DNA of 39,753 nucleotides from an uncultured Magnetovibrio sp. (lineage in GTDB: Bacteria; Pseudomonadota; Alphaproteobacteria; Rhodospirillales; Casp-alpha2): positions 1-39,753 of the forward strand of contig CAYXUT010000004.1 of assembly GCA_964468005.1 (NCBI GenBank), read 5' to 3'. This document shows, piece after piece, positions 9,662 through 17,142 of this stretch. A program made the position numbers and the translations under genes. The first letter of the stretch is position 1. Each line of letters begins with the position of its first letter. A model generated the notes under the pieces. That model made no database searches. It was not told the DNA's origin and saw nothing but the letters and a program-made list of their open reading frames with translations.

Positions 9662-9758
9662 TGGCTATTGTGGAAAATGGCGCAGTTCAATAAATCTTCC
9701 TCCCGTGCGCCGGGCAATACGGCGTCCCTCTATTTTCTAATGGATCGCCGAGAAAAGC

Positions 9759-9926
9759 CTAAATTTGGGCTTCCAACTGAGCGATCTCGTCCTTGATAGC
9801 GAGCTTTTGTTTTTTGATTTTGTGGACTTCTACGTCATCTCTATATCGGGCGTTGGCATCTTCCAAAGCGGTTTCAAGTTCCTGGTGACAGGCGCGCAGG
9901 GCCTTGATCCGTTCTTGCAAACTCAT
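9759..9926 (-). CDS. DUF465 (YdcH-like) small protein, 55 aa
   Basis: Not in the ORF track because it is under 60 aa. Product: MSLQERIKALRACHQELETALEDANARYRDDVEVHKIKKQKLAIKDEIAQLEAQI. It carries the H-x-x-L ... K-K-x-KL-x-IKDEI signature. Strong GAGGAGG SD upstream of the ATG. Confidence 0.7.
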   Translation of the reverse strand: MSLQERIKALRACHQELETALEDANARYRDDVEVHKIKKQKLAIKDEIAQLEAQI

Positions 9927-10086
9927 GCTTGCGATCCTCCTCTAAAGATTCCAGCGTTATCGTATCTTAACATGAGCGAAAAATCCACACACCAGCACTG
10001 TAATCTTGAGAAAATTTAACACTAAGCTCTATACGAAAACTGGTAGTTAAGGCAAAATCTATCATCGTTTGCCGGCAAGGAAACTC

Positions 10087-10287
10087 ATGGACAGCAACGA
10101 CGAAATCGAGCGCAGAATTATCGAATTGCAAACCGAACACCGGGATCTCGATGATGTCATCAACCGGCTGTTATCGTCACATTTGCACGATCAATTGCAG
10201 GTCCAACGCCTAAAAAAACGTAAACTTCAGCTCAAAGACCAGATCTCCTACCTAGATTCGCTCTTGGTGCCCGATATCATCGCCTAA
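10087..10287 (+). CDS. DUF465 (YdcH-like) small protein, 66 aa
   Basis: The sequence ELQTEHRDLDDVI ... RLKKRKLQLKDQI ... PDIIA is the classic DUF465 pattern. I prefer the ATG at 10087 (AAGGA upstream) over the TTG at 10069. Confidence 0.75.
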   Translation: MDSNDEIERRIIELQTEHRDLDDVINRLLSSHLHDQLQVQRLKKRKLQLKDQISYLDSLLVPDIIA

Positions 10288-11026
10288 GCGGTGAGATGGC
10301 CGAGTTAATCAAATTGTTATCGGCAGCCTGAAGGGCGTCAATGGCGCGCGAGCCGGTACTCATGATTGCAGCCCCTGTGCGCACCTTGAGCAGGTGCGTC
10401 TTACCCCGCCAATTTAGCGGATTGTTCCGTACACGCCGCTGGATGCTGTCGGTCCTGAGAGCAATGGTTTCGGCGTCACCGTTGAGCAAGATGACGCCAA
10501 GGTCATGTCCGCAAAGACTACCTTGCTCATCGGTGGGGGCAATGATTTCGTCGATCAGCGCCACCACATGGGCCATGGCGGCGTCAACTGCTTGGCGACC
10601 GAGTTGGCCACGCAGTTCTTCTGCGTTGGCGAGGTTGACAATCATCAACGCCGCCGACGGGCTCAAACCCTCAAGATGATCGATCACGTATTGCAATTCG
10701 CGTTCAAACTCGCGACGATTGGGCACCGCCAGAATCGGGTGGCGGATCGCCAATTCATGGTAGCGTGCTTCGCGCGCCTTGGCCTGTTCCACCTCCAGAC
10801 GCATAGGCTCGATCTGCGCCGCCATGGCTTCCAAGATACGGCGTGTTTCCAGCGACAACTCCTCGCCGGCCAGACCGGCCAAGGCGACAGCGGGATCGTC
10901 ACCCCAACTTCGCGAATTTTTGTCAGTTGTATCCTCGCCCTCATCGGAGCCATGATGCTGGCGTTCGCCTTTCCTGCCCGGTGCGTCGCCCGTGGGCGGG
11001 ATACTCGTGGTCTTGTTGACGTCCAT
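10277..11026 (-). CDS. degenerate GGDEF-domain protein (predicted non-catalytic)
   Basis: 249 aa: a low-complexity N-terminus, a coiled-coil-like stretch, then a GGDEF-fold pattern (PNRREFERELQ, ..GRQAVDAAMAHV.., LKVRTGAA, LQAADNNL). The signature reads CGHDLGVILL instead of R-x-GGDEF. The 3' end overlaps the DUF465 gene by 11 nt. Confidence 0.7.
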   Translation of the reverse strand: MDVNKTTSIPPTGDAPGRKGERQHHGSDEGEDTTDKNSRSWGDDPAVALAGLAGEELSLETRRILEAMAAQIEPMRLEVEQAKAREARYHELAIRHPILAVPNRREFERELQYVIDHLEGLSPSAALMIVNLANAEELRGQLGRQAVDAAMAHVVALIDEIIAPTDEQGSLCGHDLGVILLNGDAETIALRTDSIQRRVRNNPLNWRGKTHLLKVRTGAAIMSTGSRAIDALQAADNNLINSAISPLRR

Positions 11027-11094
11027 GGTCGATACCCCTTGTTGGCACGCGTCAACGTGACCCTAAGTTTATCAGACTTATGGTTAACAGTCTC

Positions 11095-11122
11095 TTGATG
11101 CCACCACCGGCATCCCTATAAT
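11095..11122 (+). promoter_or_regulatory. candidate sigma-70 promoter for purE
   Basis: TTGATG (11095..11100), a 16-nt spacer, then TATAAT (11117..11122), 33 nt upstream of the purE ATG. GGGAG SD lies in the leader. Confidence 0.4.
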
Positions 11123-11154
11123 GGCCGCCTTTCAATCGACGGGAGCAAACCGAA

Positions 11155-11646
11155 ATGTCAGAGAACGCGCCACTTGTCGGCATTGTTATGGGATCGAAGT
11201 CGGATTGGGAGGCAATGAAGAACGCCACCGACATGCTGGCTGATTTGGGCATCCCGTTTGAGGCTAAAGCGCTATCTGCGCATCGCAATCCGGCGCAGGT
11301 TCACGACTGGGCGTCGAACGTCGAAAGGCGTGGCGTCAAGGTGATCATCGCTGCCGCTGGTATGGCCGCGGCGCTTCCCGGTGTTGTCGCCGCGGTTACA
11401 CAACTGCCGGTGTTGGGCGTCCCCATGGAGACGCGCGTCATGGGAGGCATGGACAGCCTACTGTCCATGGTCCAGATGCCGGGTGGCATTCCGGTCGGCA
11501 CCCTGGCTATCGGCAAGGCTGGGGCCAAGAATGCCGCTCTTCTGGCTGCCGCCATTCTAGCCCTTTCGGACAAGGATATTCACGAACGCCTTGCCGCCTA
11601 TAGAAAGGTGCAGAACGACACCGTCACCGAACTTTCGGTGGATTGA
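11155..11646 (+). CDS. purE: 5-(carboxyamino)imidazole ribonucleotide mutase (class I PurE)
   Basis: 163 aa with VGIVMGSKSDW, SAHRNP, AGMAAALPGVVAA and GVPM. Confidence 0.92.
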   Translation: MSENAPLVGIVMGSKSDWEAMKNATDMLADLGIPFEAKALSAHRNPAQVHDWASNVERRGVKVIIAAAGMAAALPGVVAAVTQLPVLGVPMETRVMGGMDSLLSMVQMPGGIPVGTLAIGKAGAKNAALLAAAILALSDKDIHERLAAYRKVQNDTVTELSVD

Positions 11647-11657
11647 GGTTCAAGGTA

Positions 11658-12692
11658 TTAGGCGCTGGCCCTGGCCAATGTGCTTTCGATGTCCTGCATG
11701 GATAAGCGGCGCAGTTTAAAGGCTTCCAGGAGTTCTATTTCAATGGCGTCGCTCTGACCCAATTCGGTCGTCACCATGTAGCGGATGAAATCGATTAGTT
11801 CCTGTACCTGGCCTGGAAACACTACGACGTTCGATAAAAGCTCGCGGCGAATCAGCGGTGGATATTTCAAGAGTTCCAGGATCAAAAGCTTCTTAACCTT
11901 CATCGGCACGCGTACGCTGCCGAACAACCTGTCTAGGCAAAAACTGTAAATCCCAAAATCGAGCCTACCGGCAACATCCTGGGTGAACCCCCGGAACTCA
12001 TCGAGAAACGGGCCGGCGGTGATCTTTCGATCCATTAATTTCTTGATAACATCGAGGAACTGACGGTAGCGCAGGCGCGCCGGGCTCGTGCGGTCGCCCA
12101 GTTCGGCTTCCAGCGAACGGATTTCGGCGGCACGGAATTGTTGTTCGCGAATCAATTGTGCCGAATCGCGTACGCCTTCCGACAAAGTCTGTTCCTCAAT
12201 CAGCGCAAACAACCGCTCAAGTTTGTCGCGTTCCCCGACGCTCATGCGCTGGGCGCGTTCGGACAGCGGCAGCAATGCGGCCTGCGCCACCAAATAGTCC
12301 TTGGAATAGATCGCCGCCATGGCGGACGCCTGGGGGATGATAGGCGAGGTACGAAAATCATCGGTAATGATAAAGCGGCTGTTGTCAGTGACGGTTAAAA
12401 AACGTCCCAATTTGGCACACCCGAGAAAATGGTCAGCCAAATCACCCAATCCCGGTGGCTCACCGATACTATCGCGCTTTGAAGTGCCCACACCGGTAGC
12501 GAACGGTTGCTTGGGCCTTAGGGGTCCCGATTTCAGTGAGTTTGACAGTGAGTTCTCGGCAGACGTTTCGGTCATGGCCCCCGGCAGCTTGGAATCTCCA
12601 GCCTCAGGCCGGCCGTTGGCGGGCTTGTTGAATTCGAGCTCGCGCTCCAGGGTCAAGCCCATGCGCTTCAGGAAAGAGCTGTCGTCACTCAT
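11658..12692 (-). CDS. hypothetical protein (344 aa), no recognisable domain
   Basis: Clean ORF with host-like codon usage. The N-terminal roughly 100 aa are Ser/Pro/Gly-rich low complexity, and the C-terminal roughly 220 aa look helical. No motif recognised. Confidence 0.65.
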   Translation of the reverse strand: MSDDSSFLKRMGLTLERELEFNKPANGRPEAGDSKLPGAMTETSAENSLSNSLKSGPLRPKQPFATGVGTSKRDSIGEPPGLGDLADHFLGCAKLGRFLTVTDNSRFIITDDFRTSPIIPQASAMAAIYSKDYLVAQAALLPLSERAQRMSVGERDKLERLFALIEEQTLSEGVRDSAQLIREQQFRAAEIRSLEAELGDRTSPARLRYRQFLDVIKKLMDRKITAGPFLDEFRGFTQDVAGRLDFGIYSFCLDRLFGSVRVPMKVKKLLILELLKYPPLIRRELLSNVVVFPGQVQELIDFIRYMVTTELGQSDAIEIELLEAFKLRRLSMQDIESTLARASA

Positions 12693-12721
12693 GTTCGATA
12701 GTTTCTCATCGTCGGAAAGCT

Positions 12722-12750
12722 ATCATACGCCAAACGGTGGGCAAGGCCAA
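12722..12750 (-). promoter_or_regulatory. candidate sigma-70 promoter for the 344-aa gene
   Basis: On the minus strand, TTGGCC (12750..12745), a 17-nt spacer, then TATGAT (12727..12722). The -10 hexamer ends 29 nt upstream of the ATG at 12692. Confidence 0.3.
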
Positions 12751-13039
12751 TCGCTTCGGCAATTAACCAAACTCTGAAAACTAACAAATCCTTCTTTAAA
12801 CGTGACTGGCGCCGCCCGGAAATTCCGAACAGGCTACCATCATTAACAACGCCCACTGTCGGCACATTGAACCGTATATTTCTGCAGCCCTTGCCCCCCT
12901 CTTCTTGTAAGAGACCGAATCACCCTTGATGACTCCAGGGGCTAGCCGAGCGCCTGACCTTGTTTTTTATGGCCGCCAAACCAGCCTGAACCTCCGCTTT
13001 TTGTTAACTTTTTTAGGATACTCCTGATGCTCAAGAACG

Positions 13040-13065
13040 GGAACCATAACCACTAAACTTTCGTT
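13040..13065 (+). promoter_or_regulatory. candidate EcfG-type (general stress sigma) promoter
   Basis: GGAAC (13040..13044), a 17-nt spacer, then CGTT (13062..13065). This matches the alphaproteobacterial EcfG consensus GGAAC-N16/17-CGTT exactly. It sits 28 nt upstream of the SPOR lipoprotein ATG, with a GAGGGA SD in between. Confidence 0.4.
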
Positions 13066-13092
13066 AACCCGCACCCTGAGGGAAGAAAACCT

Positions 13093-14091
13093 ATGTTCAC
13101 ATTTGTTCGAGTGGTCGGTGTCGTCGCCGCCCCCCTAGTTCTTAGCGCATGCGGCCTGCCGGTCGGCGTGCAAATCGCCTCGCTAGTTGCCGACGGTATT
13201 TCCTATCTAACCACCGAAAAGACGCTGACCGATCATGGCATTTCTGTCGTAACCAGTAAGGATTGTTCTCTCTGGCGCGGGGTCGAAGGTGAAAATATCT
13301 GTCGTGACGAAGACCAGATGAGTACCGAAGGCATCGAGCTCGCCGAAGCGCCCACGGCCCCGCCGAACAAGACCGCCAAGGGGGCTACGATTAGCGCAGA
13401 ACAGCCATATCCCGTAGTCGCAGCGAAAGCGGACTTGACGGAAAAGAAACGAAGAATCATCGCGCCAGCGCCGAAGCCAGGTCCCAGAAGTGACGATGGC
13501 GTGGGGAAGCCTATTGATACGGACCGCCTAATTCTCGGCCAAGATGAAGGCAAGAGCAGGAAAGTGCCCGTTCCGGCGCCAGTGATCCAGGAGACTGCTG
13601 CCACGCTGATTGCGCCTATCACCATCGAAGCCAAGAACGACGCCATCGCGCTTTTAGCTCCACTGAAATCTTCGAAAGCCGAACTCATCATCTCCAAGAA
13701 CCTGGCGCCGCCATCGCCGGCGCTGGCACCAGCCAATAAGGTTTCCGCCTTCAGATCTAAACCGGTGCCCACACAGACTATCATTCCAGCTAAGATGATG
13801 GCCAAAGAAAGGGCGGTCAAGAAGCGCCACAGGCGCACATATTACATTATTGCCAGCTACCATCGCTCGGCCGACGCTAGGCGTTTTTCGGGCCGCCATG
13901 GCGGCCTCAAGCCCTTGGTTCTGGAAGGTACGGCGAAGGGGCACAAGGTGTTCCGTGTCGCCGTAGGCCCCATCGCCAAGACCGAGCGCCGCGCCACCCG
14001 TCAACGCCTGAAGAGCGCCGGGTTCAAGGATACCTGGAAGCTCACTTTGAGAGCGCCGAAGGTGGTAACGGAACTCGCTTCGTTGAATTAA
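13093..14091 (+). CDS. SPOR-domain lipoprotein
   Basis: Signal peptide with lipobox LVLSAC, a Pro/Ala/Lys-rich linker, and a C-terminal SPOR-like YYIIASYHRSADARRF...GHKVFRVAVGP...AGFKDTW. Confidence 0.8.
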   Translation: MFTFVRVVGVVAAPLVLSACGLPVGVQIASLVADGISYLTTEKTLTDHGISVVTSKDCSLWRGVEGENICRDEDQMSTEGIELAEAPTAPPNKTAKGATISAEQPYPVVAAKADLTEKKRRIIAPAPKPGPRSDDGVGKPIDTDRLILGQDEGKSRKVPVPAPVIQETAATLIAPITIEAKNDAIALLAPLKSSKAELIISKNLAPPSPALAPANKVSAFRSKPVPTQTIIPAKMMAKERAVKKRHRRTYYIIASYHRSADARRFSGRHGGLKPLVLEGTAKGHKVFRVAVGPIAKTERRATRQRLKSAGFKDTWKLTLRAPKVVTELASLN

Positions 14092-14739
14092 CTAAAATGC
14101 CTTGCGAAACCGTCGGGCAAATGGCTTTGAAAAGCCCCTAAACCGTTCCATCAAACGTCTTGGCAGGCCGAAGGTCTTAAGCACGTCATCGATACGCCGC
14201 TCCAAGAATGCCCAAGTATTAGGATAGTCGCCACTGCCGTCACCCTCGTCCGAGAGCCAATAGAGGACGGTCGAGAAATAGACCGAGACCAGCAAACCGC
14301 GCTTGGAATAATGGTTCCAATCGGTCGAACGATCACCAGCAACATACCACATTACCGAACATGTTCGCCAGGTCATACGCGTGGCAATCGGCGTGTTGTG
14401 AGGCAATGCCAGAAACGACAACAGCCGGTGCAGCGCATCTTTGTAAGACGCGTTGAGTTGGATACGGGTTTTGACGCAGGCGTGGATGCGCTCGCGGATA
14501 CGCATCTCTTTCAAATTCATTTTATTCAGCTCGGCCACCATGCGTCGGTCAGCCCAGTCGGCAAAATGATCCGCCGCTTCACCAAGCCCATTAAGGAAAA
14601 TTCGCCTGGCCAGCACGGCATCGTTCGCCACGTCTTTGGCGCCGGCCTCCATCGCCTTCCAACTCCAGCCATCGAACGGCACATGCGCCAGCGCCGCCTC
14701 AATGACCTTGTCGCGTTGACTTTGAAAATTGTTAGACAT
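14092..14739 (-). CDS. COQ9-family protein ('rpsU-divergently transcribed' family)
   Basis: 215 aa. VIEAALAHVPFDGWS, RIRERIHACVKTRI and WYVAGDRSTDWNHYSKRGLL fit the bacterial COQ9-like family. The ATG lies 4 nt after the def stop. The 3' end abuts the SPOR gene stop with no spacer. Confidence 0.75.
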   Translation of the reverse strand: MSNNFQSQRDKVIEAALAHVPFDGWSWKAMEAGAKDVANDAVLARRIFLNGLGEAADHFADWADRRMVAELNKMNLKEMRIRERIHACVKTRIQLNASYKDALHRLLSFLALPHNTPIATRMTWRTCSVMWYVAGDRSTDWNHYSKRGLLVSVYFSTVLYWLSDEGDGSGDYPNTWAFLERRIDDVLKTFGLPRRLMERFRGFSKPFARRFRKAF

Positions 14740-14743
14740 CAGC

Positions 14744-15307
14744 TTATTCTACTCGTTCTTCTGGCGTTTCCGTCTCCGATGTTTCCGACGTATTCGCCTT
14801 GCTCATTTCCTCAGCGTAGCCGAGCTTGGCCAGATCCTTCATGCGCATAGGGTAGAGTATACCATCCAAATGATCGCATTCATGCTGCACAACGCGGGCA
14901 TGGAAGCCCTCGGCCTCACGTTTAATGGTACTGCCGTCCGGCGCCTTGGCAGTGTAGCAGATGCGTTTATACCTCGGCACGGTGCCAGCCATATCCGGCA
15001 AAGACAGACAGCCCTCGACACCGTCTTCCATCTCATCATCCAGCGCCTCAATCTTCGGGTTGATCAGGGCCGTCAACGGCACAGATTCATCGCCCTCACC
15101 TCCCCGTCCCTGCGGGACATGAAAGACGACAATGCGCGCCGCCACATGCACCTGGGGCGCGGCAAGCCCAACGCCCGGCGCATCCAACATGGTCTCTACC
15201 ATGTCGTTGATCAGCGCATGCACTGTCGGATTGGTCGGGTCGGTGACTTCGCGCGCTGGTTTCATCAGCACCGGATGGCCCATGCGGGCAATTTTGAGAA
15301 TAGCCAT
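14744..15307 (-). CDS. def: peptide deformylase
   Basis: All three motifs are present: GVGLAAPQ, EGCLS and HECDH. The protein has an acidic Ser/Thr/Glu-rich C-terminal tail. Confidence 0.92.
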   Translation of the reverse strand: MAILKIARMGHPVLMKPAREVTDPTNPTVHALINDMVETMLDAPGVGLAAPQVHVAARIVVFHVPQGRGGEGDESVPLTALINPKIEALDDEMEDGVEGCLSLPDMAGTVPRYKRICYTAKAPDGSTIKREAEGFHARVVQHECDHLDGILYPMRMKDLAKLGYAEEMSKANTSETSETETPEERVE

Positions 15308-15451
15308 GGACTTTCGTTTTTACCTAATGCTTGAATAAATCAAGGAAATCAGGCCTTCACATCCCAGACGCGCTGTGTTACAAGGCGCGAACTTGGGACA
15401 TGAAAGTTCTGTGTCCCTTCCAGACTTAATGATGATGAGGTTGAGGCAGAC

Positions 15452-15655
15452 GTGCAAGTCTCCGTTCGTGATAACAATGTCGACCAGGCCCTGAAGGTTC
15501 TGAAGAAGAAGATGCAGCGTGAAGGCGTCTTTCGGGAAATGAAACTCCGGCGCTCTTATGAAAAGCCGTCCGAACGCCGTGCCCGTGAGAAGGCCGAGGC
15601 CGTTCGCCGGGCTCGCAAGCTTGAGCGCAAGCGCCTGGAGCGTGAAGGCTTCTAA
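15452..15655 (+). CDS. rpsU: 30S ribosomal protein S21
   Basis: 67 aa from GTG, reading [56 protein letters not shown] upstream. Confidence 0.92.
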   Translation: MQVSVRDNNVDQALKVLKKKMQREGVFREMKLRRSYEKPSERRAREKAEAVRRARKLERKRLEREGF

Positions 15656-15689
15656 AAGCCGTTTTACCGTTTCCCCACAGTTTATGCGG

Positions 15690-15716
15690 CCGCCGCCCTA
15701 TAGGGTTGGCGGTTTT
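15690..15716 (+). terminator. rho-independent terminator of rpsU
   Basis: CCGCC-G-CCC / TATA loop / GGG-TT-GGCGG stem (5+3 bp with a small internal loop), followed by TTTTCGTGTTT. It sits 35 nt after the rpsU stop. Confidence 0.55.
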
Positions 15717-15752
15717 CGTGTTTGTCGATCATCCGTGAAATAGGATCTAACC

Positions 15753-16355
15753 ATGGCCAACATCTATGAATTAGACGGCATCCGTCCCGTCATCGATCCA
15801 AGCGCCTTCGTCCACCCTGAAGCCGTCGTCATCGGCGACGTCATCATCGGCGCCGGCTGCTATATCGCACCCGGGGCCGTGCTGCGCGGCGATTTCGGCC
15901 GCATCACTGTGCACAAGGGCGCCAACGTTCAGGATAACTGTGTAATGCATGGTTTTCCTGGCACCGGCACGGTGATCGAGGAAAACGGCCACGTCGGCCA
16001 TGGTGCAGTGATACACGGCGCAGTGATCGGGCAAAACGCACTCATCGGTATGAACGCAGTGATCAACGACGAAGCAGTCATCGGCTCTGAGAGCATTGTC
16101 GCCGCCATGGCCTTCATTCGCGCCGGTGAGGAATTCGCCCCCCGCAGCCTGATCGTCGGTATCCCCGCACATAAACTCCGCGATGTCACCGACGCAGAAG
16201 TTGAATGGAAAAACGGCGGTACACGCGACTACCAAGAACTGGCGCGCCGCAGCTTGGCCAGTATGAAATCTTGCGAACCGCTCGCCGTCTCCGAACCCAA
16301 CCGTCCTTTCATGCCAATCGGCGAATCGATGCCAAAGCATTCGCAAGGCAGTTAA
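15753..16355 (+). CDS. hexapeptide-repeat, gamma-carbonic-anhydrase-like protein (PaaY/CaiE type)
   Basis: 200 aa. It aligns by eye along its whole length with E. coli PaaY (IYELDG..PV.., LRGDFGRI, ANVQDNCVMHGFP, GHVGHGA, NALIGMNAV). Confidence 0.85.
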   Translation: MANIYELDGIRPVIDPSAFVHPEAVVIGDVIIGAGCYIAPGAVLRGDFGRITVHKGANVQDNCVMHGFPGTGTVIEENGHVGHGAVIHGAVIGQNALIGMNAVINDEAVIGSESIVAAMAFIRAGEEFAPRSLIVGIPAHKLRDVTDAEVEWKNGGTRDYQELARRSLASMKSCEPLAVSEPNRPFMPIGESMPKHSQGS

Positions 16356-17142
16356 GAAATTAAGAGAAGGGCGTCGATTTTGAAATGTACTGCCTAGTAC
16401 AACTCAGATATTAGTTGAACAATTCAAAAGCTTTAAGATGAATTGTATACGCCAACGTTTGGATGACTTTCGCCTATTCAAAAACCTACGCATTGCTTTC
16501 ATCGAACGCCGCAAGATCCAGTCGAGGACGAGGATCTTTGACCACTCTTAGCTCCCGATCACGAAGATTATTTAGCCGCCCACATTCGCGAGATATTTAT
16601 TGCCAATCTTGTGCTAGCCGGGATTTCATTTGGTATTCCATTGTTGATCGTGATTGGGTTGGAAGTGCTTCGAGAACCAAACGAGAAGTGGCACACTATT
16701 AAGTTAATCAATGAAACGATCTCAGTCGCAGAAAAACGTTTTACTTCCATGTCTCCATTTTTGCTCATAACCGTCGCCAGAAGTGTGTCAACGGCCCGTC
16801 GAGTTTTAGCAACTACATGGCCATGCCGAATAACTAAAAATACAATCAAGAAACCGACCCTGAATAGACGTGGTCAGAGAATTCACACCAATAATTCCAT
16901 CACTTCAACGGCGGTGCATTGGTATTTCTATTTTCCTGATTTTTTGTCCCTTGGTTGACTAACAAAGAGCCAACTTCCACCTGTGTCGGTTGGATATCTA
17001 TGTACCAATGGCCGCAATGTTTATAGCGGGTTAAATTTTTTCAACTTGATACCATAGAGGAAGCAAGAATTCAGAGTTTGACATCTGCTTGGTGTGTTGA
17101 AAGCTTAAAAGCTCTATTGAACCTAAGATATTTCTCGGGGTC

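Noticed and set aside
9708-9737. Weak hairpin CGCCG-N7-CGGCG followed by a T-rich stretch after the acyl-CoA synthetase gene.
   Set aside because: The stem is only 5 bp and the T-run is interrupted. That is too weak to call a terminator.
9927-10086. CtrA boxes (TTAA-N7-TTAA) or EcfG motifs in the DUF465 divergent spacer.
   Set aside because: Several TTAA tetramers occur, but none has the N7 spacing to a second TTAA. There is no GGAAC…CGTT.
10505-11098. Long antisense ORFs here and at 13233..13838, 14729..15334, 15771..16346, 22087..22665 and 23210..23761.
   Set aside because: Each lies opposite a CDS with clear family motifs. They have no ribosome-binding sites and low-complexity products, so they are shadow ORFs.
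11027-11154. Possible purine or ZTP-type riboswitch upstream of purE.
   Set aside because: I could not find the conserved ZTP (…CCGCCTGGG) or purine-riboswitch core sequences. The region is better explained by a simple TTGATG-N16-TATAAT promoter and a short leader.
15395-15417. 6-bp inverted repeat GGGACA-N11-TGTCCC in the rpsU/def divergent region.
   Set aside because: It is short with a large loop. It could be an operator or a leader structure, but nothing in the sequence alone supports that.
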